In this document: positions 18,440-26,339 of the stretch, piece by piece
Layout: the number at the start of each line of letters is the position of its first letter
How positions within the stretch are numbered: the first letter of the stretch is position 1
Virus record (IMG/VR): IMGVR_UViG_3300024346_000041
Location: 1-64,000 of that record
Reading direction: 5' to 3' (one strand)
DNA from: a virus
Length of the DNA: 64,000 nucleotides
Notes under the pieces: model-generated
What the model was told of the DNA's origin: nothing
The model's input: the letters and a program-made list of their open reading frames with translations, nothing else
The model's database searches: none
Position numbers and translations under genes: made by a program

Positions 18440-18604
18440 TTGAAAAGTGTCAAAATAGTCGGTGTTGAACTACTCAAGTTTAACAAATACTTAGTCATAC
18501 CGTCTTGTAAGCATTCCTTTGTGAATGATACAAGTGTAGTCAAACTAAAGGACGTGCCAGACCGCATAATGTGTTCTCGTTGCAAGTCTATTGATAAGCC
18601 CTGA
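18440..18604 (+). CDS. Small putative zinc-ribbon protein (54 aa, not in ORF track)
   Basis: TTG start after a purine-rich stretch; ...SCKH...CSRCK...TGA; fills the gap exactly. Confidence 0.5.
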   Translation: MKSVKIVGVELLKFNKYLVIPSCKHSFVNDTSVVKLKDVPDRIMCSRCKSIDKP

Positions 18605-18638
18605 TCGAAATCTTAGGCGGGTAACGATTAGGACATGC

Positions 18639-18669
18639 GCCGTGGCTCTCGTTGAGTCACGGCTTTTTT
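18639..18669 (+). terminator. Rho-independent terminator
   Basis: GCCGTGGCTC-TCGTT-GAGTCACGGC-TTTTTT. Confidence 0.8.
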
Positions 18670-18700
18670 CGTATCTACAGTTACTTAAAAGGAGCACATC

Positions 18701-19006
18701 ATGAAAAGTAAATCAGTTAAAGCTACTAACGAAAATACCTCTAGTAACAATGTTAAAACAATTACAGTTGACAATGCATCAATACTTAAAACAAAAACAG
18801 TATACGTTCTTGAAAAAAGTGACTTAGACGATTTAATGATAGCTTTAGTAAACTACGTTGAACTTAAAGAAGATATAACCAAAGGTAATTTAGCAATAAA
18901 GAAGTTTAGTATAGATATTACATACGAGCTAAATGGAGAGGTTAATATGAGACAAAGCTATGGAGCATCATCAAATAAAGATGCTTGGAGAAGACCAGCA
19001 TTATAA
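18701..19006 (+). CDS. Hypothetical protein, paralog of 19041..19490
   Basis: AAGGAG RBS; shares MKSKSVKA, D.DDLM.AL and AW.RP with the next gene. Confidence 0.7.
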   Translation: MKSKSVKATNENTSSNNVKTITVDNASILKTKTVYVLEKSDLDDLMIALVNYVELKEDITKGNLAIKKFSIDITYELNGEVNMRQSYGASSNKDAWRRPAL

Positions 19007-19040
19007 CTACTAACAAAAGTAAAACATTAAAGGAAAAACC

Positions 19041-19490
19041 ATGAAAAGCAAATCAGTAAAAGCTAAAAGTAAAGTAAAAGCTAAAAGCAAAATAGTTAAA
19101 ACAGTCAAGAAAACAAAAGTGCCAATCTCAGGTAATCCTCTTTACCTAAAGTTTGGCAGAGACATAGTAGAAATAGAAGGTAACAAACACGGAAAAATAG
19201 TTAGGAAAGAGTTACATATAGACGCTGATAAGATTAAAACAAAAAAAGACGGTAAGTACATTTACAATAGATACGACTACGACGATTTAATGGGAGCTCT
19301 AGCACGCATGGTAGCCATGTGTAACAGGCGACTTCCACTTGGTAACGATCCAATAGAGATCACAGACTTTTGTATTTCTGTAGCTTATAAGACTACAGAG
19401 GTTATGAAGCACCCTGACCTTAAAGATATGAGAGCTATGGTCAATGGATCACAAAGATTAGCTTGGTTAAGGCCTGGCGATAAGGAATAA
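19041..19490 (+). CDS. Hypothetical protein, paralog of 18701..19006
   Basis: AAGGA RBS; Lys-rich N-terminus; shared motifs. Confidence 0.7.
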   Translation: MKSKSVKAKSKVKAKSKIVKTVKKTKVPISGNPLYLKFGRDIVEIEGNKHGKIVRKELHIDADKIKTKKDGKYIYNRYDYDDLMGALARMVAMCNRRLPLGNDPIEITDFCISVAYKTTEVMKHPDLKDMRAMVNGSQRLAWLRPGDKE

Positions 19491-19581
19491 CATGAAGGGT
19501 TTACCGAGACCTTCATGTTGGTTTGGGAGCCCTTGGTGAGATAAGGGCAGCCCGTAGATAGGTTCTGCGGGCATCCCAAAC
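19489..19581 (+). ncRNA. Candidate structured RNA (hairpin + three-way junction)
   Basis: Four helices read directly from the intergenic sequence; see findings. Confidence 0.4.
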
Positions 19582-19605
19582 ATCTAACTTTTAACAAGGC
19601 TAAAC

Positions 19606-19770
19606 ATGATAGATAAAAAAAGTAAATGTAAATGCCCTAAGTGCAACAGGGTAGTTAAGAAGTTTCATCACTTAGCGTCGTACGCAGACAGGCTCTGCGC
19701 AAAATGCCTGGATAAACACGTCAACAAGGTTGGAAATTTTAAACCTATAAAGGAGGGTGACGATGAGTAA
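19606..19770 (+). CDS. Small zinc-finger protein (54 aa, not in ORF track)
   Basis: MIDKKSKCKCPKCNR...RLCAKCLDK; stop overlaps the next start. Confidence 0.6.
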   Translation: MIDKKSKCKCPKCNRVVKKFHHLASYADRLCAKCLDKHVNKVGNFKPIKEGDDE

Positions 19771-20080
19771 TAGCATAGAAGTTCCTGCTCGGGTCTCGTC
19801 TTATTTAACAAATACACTAAACAGAATGCCGTTCGAGCAGCTTCTCACCCTGTTCTTAAAGGGAGCATGCCGTCATACAGGCATACCTAATACTGGTGAA
19901 TTAAACCTTGAGCTTGAGGCAGTAAAGCTGGAGTGCATAGCACTAGATACATACAAATTTACATTTCGTGTAATACACGAATGCCCAGACGACAGAACGC
20001 ATTACGTGGTTGATAAAACCATAGAGGTCCTATCTGTAGCCGCTGCTGTATGGGGGCGTATAGGAGGTGGTCTACAATGA
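19763..20080 (+). CDS. Hypothetical protein
   Basis: AAGGAGG RBS. Confidence 0.65.
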   Translation: MSNSIEVPARVSSYLTNTLNRMPFEQLLTLFLKGACRHTGIPNTGELNLELEAVKLECIALDTYKFTFRVIHECPDDRTHYVVDKTIEVLSVAAAVWGRIGGGLQ

Positions 20081-20319
20081 CATGGAACCCTAGGCCTTCA
20101 GACATAGAGTGGACTCGTAACGTCATAGCTATGCTAAAAGAAGGTGGCTCTTGGGTTATTCCTATGACTGGTCAAACCTTTGTAAAACAAGGAGACAAGT
20201 TAATACTAATAGACTCAATGCCAACCGACTCTTACGGAGAAGAAGCTCAAGCTGATATGTTTCAAAAAGTTCTTGAGATCGGAAAACAATTAAACATAAA
20301 GGTAGAGAAACAAAAATGA
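20077..20319 (+). CDS. Hypothetical protein
   Basis: AGGAGG RBS; ATGA overlaps at both ends. Confidence 0.65.
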   Translation: MTWNPRPSDIEWTRNVIAMLKEGGSWVIPMTGQTFVKQGDKLILIDSMPTDSYGEEAQADMFQKVLEIGKQLNIKVEKQK

Positions 20320-20555
20320 CAGTCGACGAAGCAATAGAATTTATGCAAGAGTTAAAAACCCAAGGAAAGAAGCACATAATTGTAGGAGTTTGGACCGCAG
20401 ATCTCTTTGAAGTCAAGGATGACGACGCTTGGGGCGAAGTAGCTAAGGACATAGACGACAACGCTACTAGCTTATGGGATGATATGTTTTCAAACCTTCA
20501 GTTTGCAGTTGATAGCGCCTCTGAAGGCGTAACTGTTACACGAACAGAAGAATAA
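20316..20555 (+). CDS. Hypothetical protein
   Basis: ATGA coupling with the upstream gene. Confidence 0.65.
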   Translation: MTVDEAIEFMQELKTQGKKHIIVGVWTADLFEVKDDDAWGEVAKDIDDNATSLWDDMFSNLQFAVDSASEGVTVTRTEE

Positions 20556-20557
20556 AC

Positions 20558-21022
20558 ATGAACATCTTCGTGTTATCTGAGAATGTCAAGGAAGCAGCCG
20601 AGTGGCACGTAGATAGACACGTTGTAAAGATGCCTTTAGAGTCAGCACAGATGCTGTGCACAGCTTTAATAATAAACGGCTGCAATGACGTGGCATACAA
20701 GCCAGCTCACGTTAAGCATCCATGCACCTTGTGGGCTGCAGCAACTAGAAGTAACTTCGAGTGGCTGTGCAGGCTGGGTATAGAGTTATGCGCTGAATAC
20801 ACTTATAGGTACGGAAGAGAGCATGCTTCAGAGAAAGTAATACGTAGCTGCTATGAGAAGCATAGTAGCATACCTCCAGGTTCGTTGACTAGCTTTGCTC
20901 AAGCTATGCCCATAGAGTACAAAGGGGAGTGCGCTATAACGGCTTACAGGCTGTACTATGTTAAAGGTAAAAGCCACTTGGCTTCTTGGAAGCACAGAAG
21001 TAAGCCTGATTGGTTCTTGTAA
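20558..21022 (+). CDS. Pyrimidine-dimer DNA glycosylase/endonuclease V-like family protein
   Basis: MNIFVL..H.DRHVVKMPLESAQML, HPCTLW, EYTYRYG..H, FAQAMP, AYR.YY. Confidence 0.8.
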   Translation: MNIFVLSENVKEAAEWHVDRHVVKMPLESAQMLCTALIINGCNDVAYKPAHVKHPCTLWAAATRSNFEWLCRLGIELCAEYTYRYGREHASEKVIRSCYEKHSSIPPGSLTSFAQAMPIEYKGECAITAYRLYYVKGKSHLASWKHRSKPDWFL

Positions 21023-21038
21023 ACAAGAGGAGACTTAC

Positions 21039-21308
21039 ATGGAAGACCCATACAAGGATGAAATAGTAGCGAAAGCTGCTTCAAACAGCTTAAAAGTTCT
21101 AGATATGATAATGGAAATCATAAGAAAGGATAGAAAAGCAATAGAGTGCCCAGACTATCAAAGCTTTCTTAGAATGATTCATGATCCAAAATACGCACAT
21201 ATCAAGGAAGTATTAGATAAAACAAAAGCTGAAATAATTAAAAATGATTTAGATAGAAAAGAGCTAAAGAAAGAAATACTAAAGCAGAGAAACGACCTTA
21301 AACGATAA
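21039..21308 (+). CDS. Hypothetical protein
   Basis: GAGGAG before ATG 21039. Confidence 0.6.
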   Translation: MEDPYKDEIVAKAASNSLKVLDMIMEIIRKDRKAIECPDYQSFLRMIHDPKYAHIKEVLDKTKAEIIKNDLDRKELKKEILKQRNDLKR

Positions 21309-21342
21309 ACTACCAGTTTTAACACCAACCAAAGGAGATACA

Positions 21343-22005
21343 ATGAACGAGCCACAGTACGTAGTAGTAGAATATTATGAATCTGATAGAGGAGGTAAGC
21401 CTGGTGATAAAGGAAATAAGCTAGCTATTCATAGATTAGAAAATGGAGAAGTTGCAGCCGCTGAAGACGGCGCTCCTGAATCACAAGAAGAAGCTTTGAG
21501 AATGCTACAGGCCTTTCACAGGCCAATATACAAATCGATAGACGTTGCTAATGACGAGTGCGACAACGTTCTAGAGTATGCAGGCGATGGAGACGTCTCC
21601 ACTGACGAAGCTTTTAAAGAAGCTAAGTACGAAGTGGAAACCACTATACCCAACATGCTTATAGGTAACATACTAAAAAGCATTCCAACTGGAACTTATC
21701 ACAAGCTAGTCCTAGTGGAGTCTTCTAAGCTAAAGTGGTTTATGAAAATTGTTAGCTTCAGAAACTGCGGGGCAAAGGTAAGTGACGAGCTCAAAAGACT
21801 TGGAATGAAAGTTCCTGACCCTAAGTACTGGGTAGAGTGCTTTATATACAAAACCAAAGAAAAAGAAGAAGGCTTGGACTATGTAGGTAGCTGCTTAGTT
21901 GGCAAAGAGCTAACAGAACTGCATCTTAGTAAATACGCAGCTACAGGAGACGAGCTGTTTAATGACGAGCTATGGGAGGATAACCGTGCCAAAAGTAAAA
22001 ACTAA
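21343..22005 (+). CDS. Hypothetical protein
   Basis: AAGGAG RBS; 220 aa. Confidence 0.7.
   Translation: MNEPQYVVVEYYESDRGGKPGDKGNKLAIHRLENGEVAAAEDGAPESQEEALRMLQAFHRPIYKSIDVANDECDNVLEYAGDGDVSTDEAFKEAKYEVETTIPNMLIGNILKSIPTGTYHKLVLVESSKLKWFMKIVSFRNCGAKVSDELKRLGMKVPDPKYWVECFIYKTKEKEEGLDYVGSCLVGKELTELHLSKYAATGDELFNDELWEDNRAKSKN
21588..21601. repeat. Dispersed palindrome copy 3: TGGAGACGTCTCCA (14 bp)
   Basis: Inside a CDS, read as DGDVST (different frame from copies 1 and 2). Confidence 0.95.
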
Positions 22006-22069
22006 ACGTAGACCTAAAGTAAAGGTAAAACCATTAACTAGAATCAGGCGGCCCTCAAAGGCCGCCTGA
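21986..22069 (+). CDS. Very basic 27-aa peptide ending in a 10-bp GC hairpin
   Basis: GGAGG before GTG; VPKVKTKRRPKVKVKPLTRIRRPSKAA; TCAGGCGGCC-CTCAAA-GGCCGCCTGA at 22044-22069. Confidence 0.35.
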   Translation: MPKVKTKRRPKVKVKPLTRIRRPSKAA

Positions 22070-22088
22070 CTCATTGGAGGGTATTGTT

Positions 22089-22592
22089 ATGTTGACTAGA
22101 CTGATACTAGCTAGCGTAGTTGTATTGTTTGTATCTGCAAAACCAAGCAGTGCAGGCTGAGGCAGCTCAGCATCATCAGCCAGTTGGGCTGATAAAAAGT
22201 TGACGGTGGTTGACATAAGATACATGCAGATGCAGGTAGCATCTATAGATAAGTCTAATTCTAAGCCTATGGTAGAGCTAGCTATGAAGTCTGCTGACTT
22301 TAGAGTTAAGTCAGCTGGCTGCATACTTGCTAGAAAGTTTAAAGATGAATACCTAGAAGAGCTAATAGAGGCAGTAGCTGATGATAGCGAACTAGTTAGA
22401 CAGGCAAGCAGGGAAAGCTTGATAGTCTTGGCTGTATTATTAAACAATAATAAAAAGTCAGGGTCAGTAGATTTTGGCCCAATCCCTGGTGATAAAACAA
22501 TGGCTGGAGCTTGTGCCAGCCAGACCATGTGGAAAGCATGGTTTGCACAAAATAAAGATAAGTTAAACAAACAAAAATCAAAGGAGCAATAA
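22089..22592 (+). CDS. Exported HEAT-repeat-like protein with in-frame TGA at codon 24 (Sec/readthrough or pseudogene)
   Basis: GGAGG RBS, signal peptide MLTRLILASVVVLFVSAKPSSAG, TGA 22158-22160, same frame continues into ORF 22200..22592 (LIEAVADDSELVRQASRESL). Confidence 0.65.
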
Positions 22593-22808
22593 ATGAGCAA
22601 TATGAATGGAGACGTCCTATACAAGCAAACTCAACTGTCGAACAATCCGACAGTTGAGTACCCCTCGAAAGTCGAGCTTACAAAAAATACCAAAGGGTAC
22701 ACGTGGACTATCTGCCTCAGAGGCAACGATGGTAACGAGCAATCAATGATAAACCGTATGGAAGAACTTAATAAAGAAATGTTGGCTAAATTTAAAGGAG
22801 AGCAGTAA
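22593..22808 (+). CDS. Hypothetical protein
   Basis: AAGGAG RBS. Confidence 0.7.
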   Translation: MSNMNGDVLYKQTQLSNNPTVEYPSKVELTKNTKGYTWTICLRGNDGNEQSMINRMEELNKEMLAKFKGEQ

Positions 22809-22810
22809 CA

Positions 22811-25024
22811 ATGAAAACCAGAGAACATCTAGTCCAACACTTAGATAAGAAAACAGCTAGAAAATACGGTAAGCTACCTAATCCTGATTATCATTTTGAA
22901 GCAATAACTAAAGTTGACAAAGGCGCTTTAGAGCTTTTGAATAAGCTAGTGCACCTAAAGCCAGAAGAAGTTACAGACGATAACTCAAGATATTTAAGTT
23001 TGAGCTTTGGATCATACTTTAAAATAAATGAAGATGATGCTAGAGAAATAGTTAGCATGCCGTTTCCTGTCTACTTAACAGTGCGAAGTTGTACAAAAGA
23101 AGCTGCATTTATTATTATGGAAGCTAAAAGAGCAGCGGCAGCGCTGGCTCCTATTGATAGATCATACACTCTAAGCCTTCCACAAGAACGTATGCAAGAG
23201 CTTATCTTAGACGCTGTAAACTCAGGTCTTGAGAAAGACCTAGTTCCTTTTCTATACGATGAAGCTAGAGACACTCCTGTGTCTTCAAACTATTCGTCAT
23301 TTAGTGTGCCAGACTTAGAGTTTAAAGACGCAAATCTACTTGCAGCTTTAATAAGAATACAATATCCAAAACTAATAACGTCTACAATATTAGATTTAAA
23401 AGGAAATCATGACGATATTCAAGCAGATATTGATGACTACGACTTTAATACAATACTTACAAACCTTACAAAGGTAACTCCTGAAATATTAGCAGAAGCT
23501 ATGTTTATAATTATTAAACAGTATAGAAGGCTAAACCCTTCTCCAACTCCTAAGATGCTGCCAGTTAGCACTACGTCGTTGACCATACATAATAATTTAT
23601 CAAACATACCTCAGGCTCTTTATGATAAAGGAGCAAGTAGACTAGTAAGAACTAAACATGTGGCTGAACGTATAAAGAAAGTTATATCTTTTATGAAGCA
23701 CATGAATAAAATCATGGAAGATAAAGACAATGCTATGCCTGGATCGTATCACAACACATCTCCAAACTTTGATACGGTTCTTGCTGTAGAGCAAGGCAGT
23801 GTGCCTTACTCAGAAGACACTATTAACGAGATTATAAGCGTAAGCAAAAGCGGTATACGTATAAAAGGCGCGTCAAGAGCTTGCCAAAATAATGATACTA
23901 TGTTCAGCCCTGACGTAATATCACCAAGCACTATAAACTTAAGAAACCTAGACGTAATAAGAAAATACAGTGCAGAAACATCTGTACCTGTTTTTATGGA
24001 ATCTGTAGATACATCAGGAGTGGCAGATGCAGGCTTAAGCGAAGGCTTAAAAGGATTTGTAACTACCACACTTATTGCTCCTATTCTTAAAGTACAGCCT
24101 AACTCCTACATGACGTACAAAGATTACCAGTACGCTGACAGACATAGACAGACTGATAAGTTTAGAGAGCATTACTTTAAAATATCAGAAGCTAGTGGCA
24201 GGCGGTTTATGATTAAGCTAGCGCAAGGTATTCCTGTTAAATACGAAGATATCAATCCTATACTTGAAGCTGTAGAAGATATTGAGAACTTAGTACCAGG
24301 TAATATTTCTGATATACCTGAAAGAGCTAAGCTCGATGATGCTAATAGCTTAGATCTAGTTTGTGGATTCTTTAGAAAGCACACCGCTATGTCTGAAGAT
24401 GCAATTTACAACTTAGCTAAGGTAATACTGCTTCCTTGTAATCCTATTGGGTCTACGTTAACTTACGACACATACACAAGATATAGGCTGTCTAAGTACA
24501 TTATAGAGGCTACTGCAGGTGCGCTTGTTAATATAGTTATTCCAGCAACCTGCCCAATATCTAAGTCTTTGGTAAAAAGAATAAAGTACTTTAATGACAG
24601 GCCAGCTTGTTCTTTTTCACCAACAATAAGACATAGGTTTACTTTTAAGGGAAGCTGCCTATCGTACAGCCATCTAAACCCATATGACAAACAGTATGGA
24701 GACAGTAACAATAATAAGGCTATAGCAGCAGCTGAAGCTAAAAATCATAAGTATCTTTATGAACAAAATGGAGACATAACAGTTCCTTTTGTAGGATATG
24801 ACGTAAACGGAGTTCCAATTGTTAAAACTAAAGAATACTTAGATTTGTTTAGATCTACTGAAAATGGAAACTCAGTAGATATAAGCATATATGGTCACAA
24901 CCTTATAAAGTACGGAACAAGCTTTGGTGACGGGCTGTATCTAAGTATTATCAACTCAGATGAGACTTTAAAAGCATCTAAGGCGTTAGGAAAATCTCCA
25001 GTTCCTGCCGTTGCATCGGTTTAG
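22811..25024 (+). CDS. Large hypothetical protein (737 aa)
   Basis: Long ORF with AAGGAG upstream; no recognised motif. Confidence 0.75.
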   Translation: MKTREHLVQHLDKKTARKYGKLPNPDYHFEAITKVDKGALELLNKLVHLKPEEVTDDNSRYLSLSFGSYFKINEDDAREIVSMPFPVYLTVRSCTKEAAFIIMEAKRAAAALAPIDRSYTLSLPQERMQELILDAVNSGLEKDLVPFLYDEARDTPVSSNYSSFSVPDLEFKDANLLAALIRIQYPKLITSTILDLKGNHDDIQADIDDYDFNTILTNLTKVTPEILAEAMFIIIKQYRRLNPSPTPKMLPVSTTSLTIHNNLSNIPQALYDKGASRLVRTKHVAERIKKVISFMKHMNKIMEDKDNAMPGSYHNTSPNFDTVLAVEQGSVPYSEDTINEIISVSKSGIRIKGASRACQNNDTMFSPDVISPSTINLRNLDVIRKYSAETSVPVFMESVDTSGVADAGLSEGLKGFVTTTLIAPILKVQPNSYMTYKDYQYADRHRQTDKFREHYFKISEASGRRFMIKLAQGIPVKYEDINPILEAVEDIENLVPGNISDIPERAKLDDANSLDLVCGFFRKHTAMSEDAIYNLAKVILLPCNPIGSTLTYDTYTRYRLSKYIIEATAGALVNIVIPATCPISKSLVKRIKYFNDRPACSFSPTIRHRFTFKGSCLSYSHLNPYDKQYGDSNNNKAIAAAEAKNHKYLYEQNGDITVPFVGYDVNGVPIVKTKEYLDLFRSTENGNSVDISIYGHNLIKYGTSFGDGLYLSIINSDETLKASKALGKSPVPAVASV

Positions 25025-25032
25025 TAAATACA

Positions 25033-25060
25033 CACGGGCACCCTTTAACAGGCGCCCGTG
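25033..25060 (-). terminator. Hairpin terminator between convergent genes
   Basis: CACGGGCACC-N8-GGCGCCCGTG; mismatch is G-U on the - strand, followed by TGTATTT. Confidence 0.6.
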
Positions 25061-25079
25061 CATACAACCCAAACCCGAC

Positions 25080-25331
25080 TTAGGAGCACTTAGCTCTTGA
25101 TCTACTAAACAGCTTTCTTGTGTTTTTACCACAAGAGGAAGCTTTACAGGCCGGTGTCGATTCCTTAACAGTGGCTGCTGGTTTAACAGCCTCTACCTTC
25201 CTGGCTTCTACAACTGGGCTACTAGCTACAGAACAAGAGCCACCTGAGCAAGAAGACTGTCTTTTTGCAAAGACTCCGTCTACTGACTCGGAACCTAGAG
25301 CGATACTTGCAGCCACTACGAATTGAAACAT
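25080..25331 (-). CDS. Small secreted Cys/Ser-rich protein
   Basis: AGGAGG RBS, hydrophobic N-terminus, SSCSGGSC and CKASSC motifs; own promoter and terminator. Confidence 0.7.
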   Translation of the reverse strand: MFQFVVAASIALGSESVDGVFAKRQSSCSGGSCSVASSPVVEARKVEAVKPAATVKESTPACKASSCGKNTRKLFSRSRAKCS

Positions 25332-25376
25332 ACTAACCTCCTGTTAAATCTAACCGGCCCTGTTGCCGGAGATGAA

Positions 25377-25404
25377 AGTTTACAAATGTTAATAGGTTTG
25401 TCAA
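25377..25404 (-). promoter_or_regulatory. Sigma70-like promoter for 25080..25331
   Basis: TTGACA-N16-TAAACT on the - strand. Confidence 0.6.
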
Positions 25405-25509
25405 ATATACAAGAATAAAAATAGCTCATTTAAACTCATAAGTCTTTTAACATAAAGAGTTTAAAATTTAGATAAAATTAAGTTTTAACAACAAAATGAA
25501 AGGCAAGTT

Positions 25510-25755
25510 ATGAAAGACAAAAAAGAAATCGAGCAGTTAAGAGCTGAATACATTGAAGCAAAAATGGCAACAATGATAGACGATTGCGAAGGAGCCTCAG
25601 CTAATTCAGAAATGGCGTTTTATGCTGAAAAAGGATTAGAGATCGAATGCAATGGTCTTACCTTTGTAGAGCTAGAGGCACTTATGATTGAGCTCGCCGA
25701 GTTAAACGGTGAAGACGAGGACGATGAAGAAGACGAAGACGAAGAGTATGAATAA
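25510..25755 (+). CDS. Hypothetical acidic protein
   Basis: AAGG RBS; poly-Asp/Glu tail. Confidence 0.65.
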   Translation: MKDKKEIEQLRAEYIEAKMATMIDDCEGASANSEMAFYAEKGLEIECNGLTFVELEALMIELAELNGEDEDDEEDEDEEYE

Positions 25756-25790
25756 CTAAACTTAGTTTAAAAGTGTAACTGTATAAATAC

Positions 25791-25852
25791 TTTGTACAGT
25801 AGTTTGTACACGTTCCACTTAATTCACTATATTCTAAAGAATATAGTATTAT
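25791..25852 (+). repeat. 62-bp inverted repeat, left arm
   Basis: Exact reverse complement of 26253-26314. Confidence 0.97.
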
Positions 25853-25872
25853 ACTTTTTAAAGGACTAAACC

Positions 25873-26256
25873 ATGGCTTGTGTAAGATGTGTAGTTTTAA
25901 AAAATCATAAGGATAGGAGTGAAGCTGTAAGGTCACAACATTCAAAAATACCTCACTTTGTAAAAATGTCGTGTTCAAAGTTTCAAGTAGCTTTAGGTAA
26001 GCACCATGAATACGCAATAGATAGGGCTAAAGCACAGTTAACTGAAAAAGGTCTTAATCCTGATGATTTTGACTTTTTAAGTTTTGATTACGTAGAAGGC
26101 TACTTTATGAGAGATATGTTTGAGAGCAGTAACTTTGTAAAAATATGGAGAAATGCTGAATTGTTTAATATTAAACCTTTGGGACCATTTTCACCTTGGT
26201 TTTCCGATGGAGAAGAAGCTGACCAGTTTCCAAATGAATTAGAGTTAAATACATAA
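25873..26256 (+). CDS. Hypothetical protein enclosed by the 62-bp inverted repeats
   Basis: AAGGA RBS; stop TAA lies inside the right arm. Confidence 0.7.
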   Translation: MACVRCVVLKNHKDRSEAVRSQHSKIPHFVKMSCSKFQVALGKHHEYAIDRAKAQLTEKGLNPDDFDFLSFDYVEGYFMRDMFESSNFVKIWRNAELFNIKPLGPFSPWFSDGEEADQFPNELELNT

Positions 26257-26314
26257 TACTATATTCTTTAGAATATAGTGAATTAAGTGGAACGTGTACA
26301 AACTACTGTACAAA
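26253..26314 (-). repeat. 62-bp inverted repeat, right arm
   Basis: Exact reverse complement of 25791-25852. Confidence 0.97.
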
Positions 26315-26339
26315 ACAAAACCTCATTAAGGATTTTAAC

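Noticed and set aside
22607-22617. TGGAGACGTCC, partial match to the dispersed palindrome (similar partial matches near 7795, 44193 and 59357)
   Set aside because: Right half does not match; not counted as a copy, although it could be a weak site.
25793-26312. Tn7/CAST-like transposon suggested by TGTACAGT ends
   Set aside because: No 5-bp target duplication (TACTT versus AAACA) and no Tns genes; kept only as an inverted-repeat cassette.
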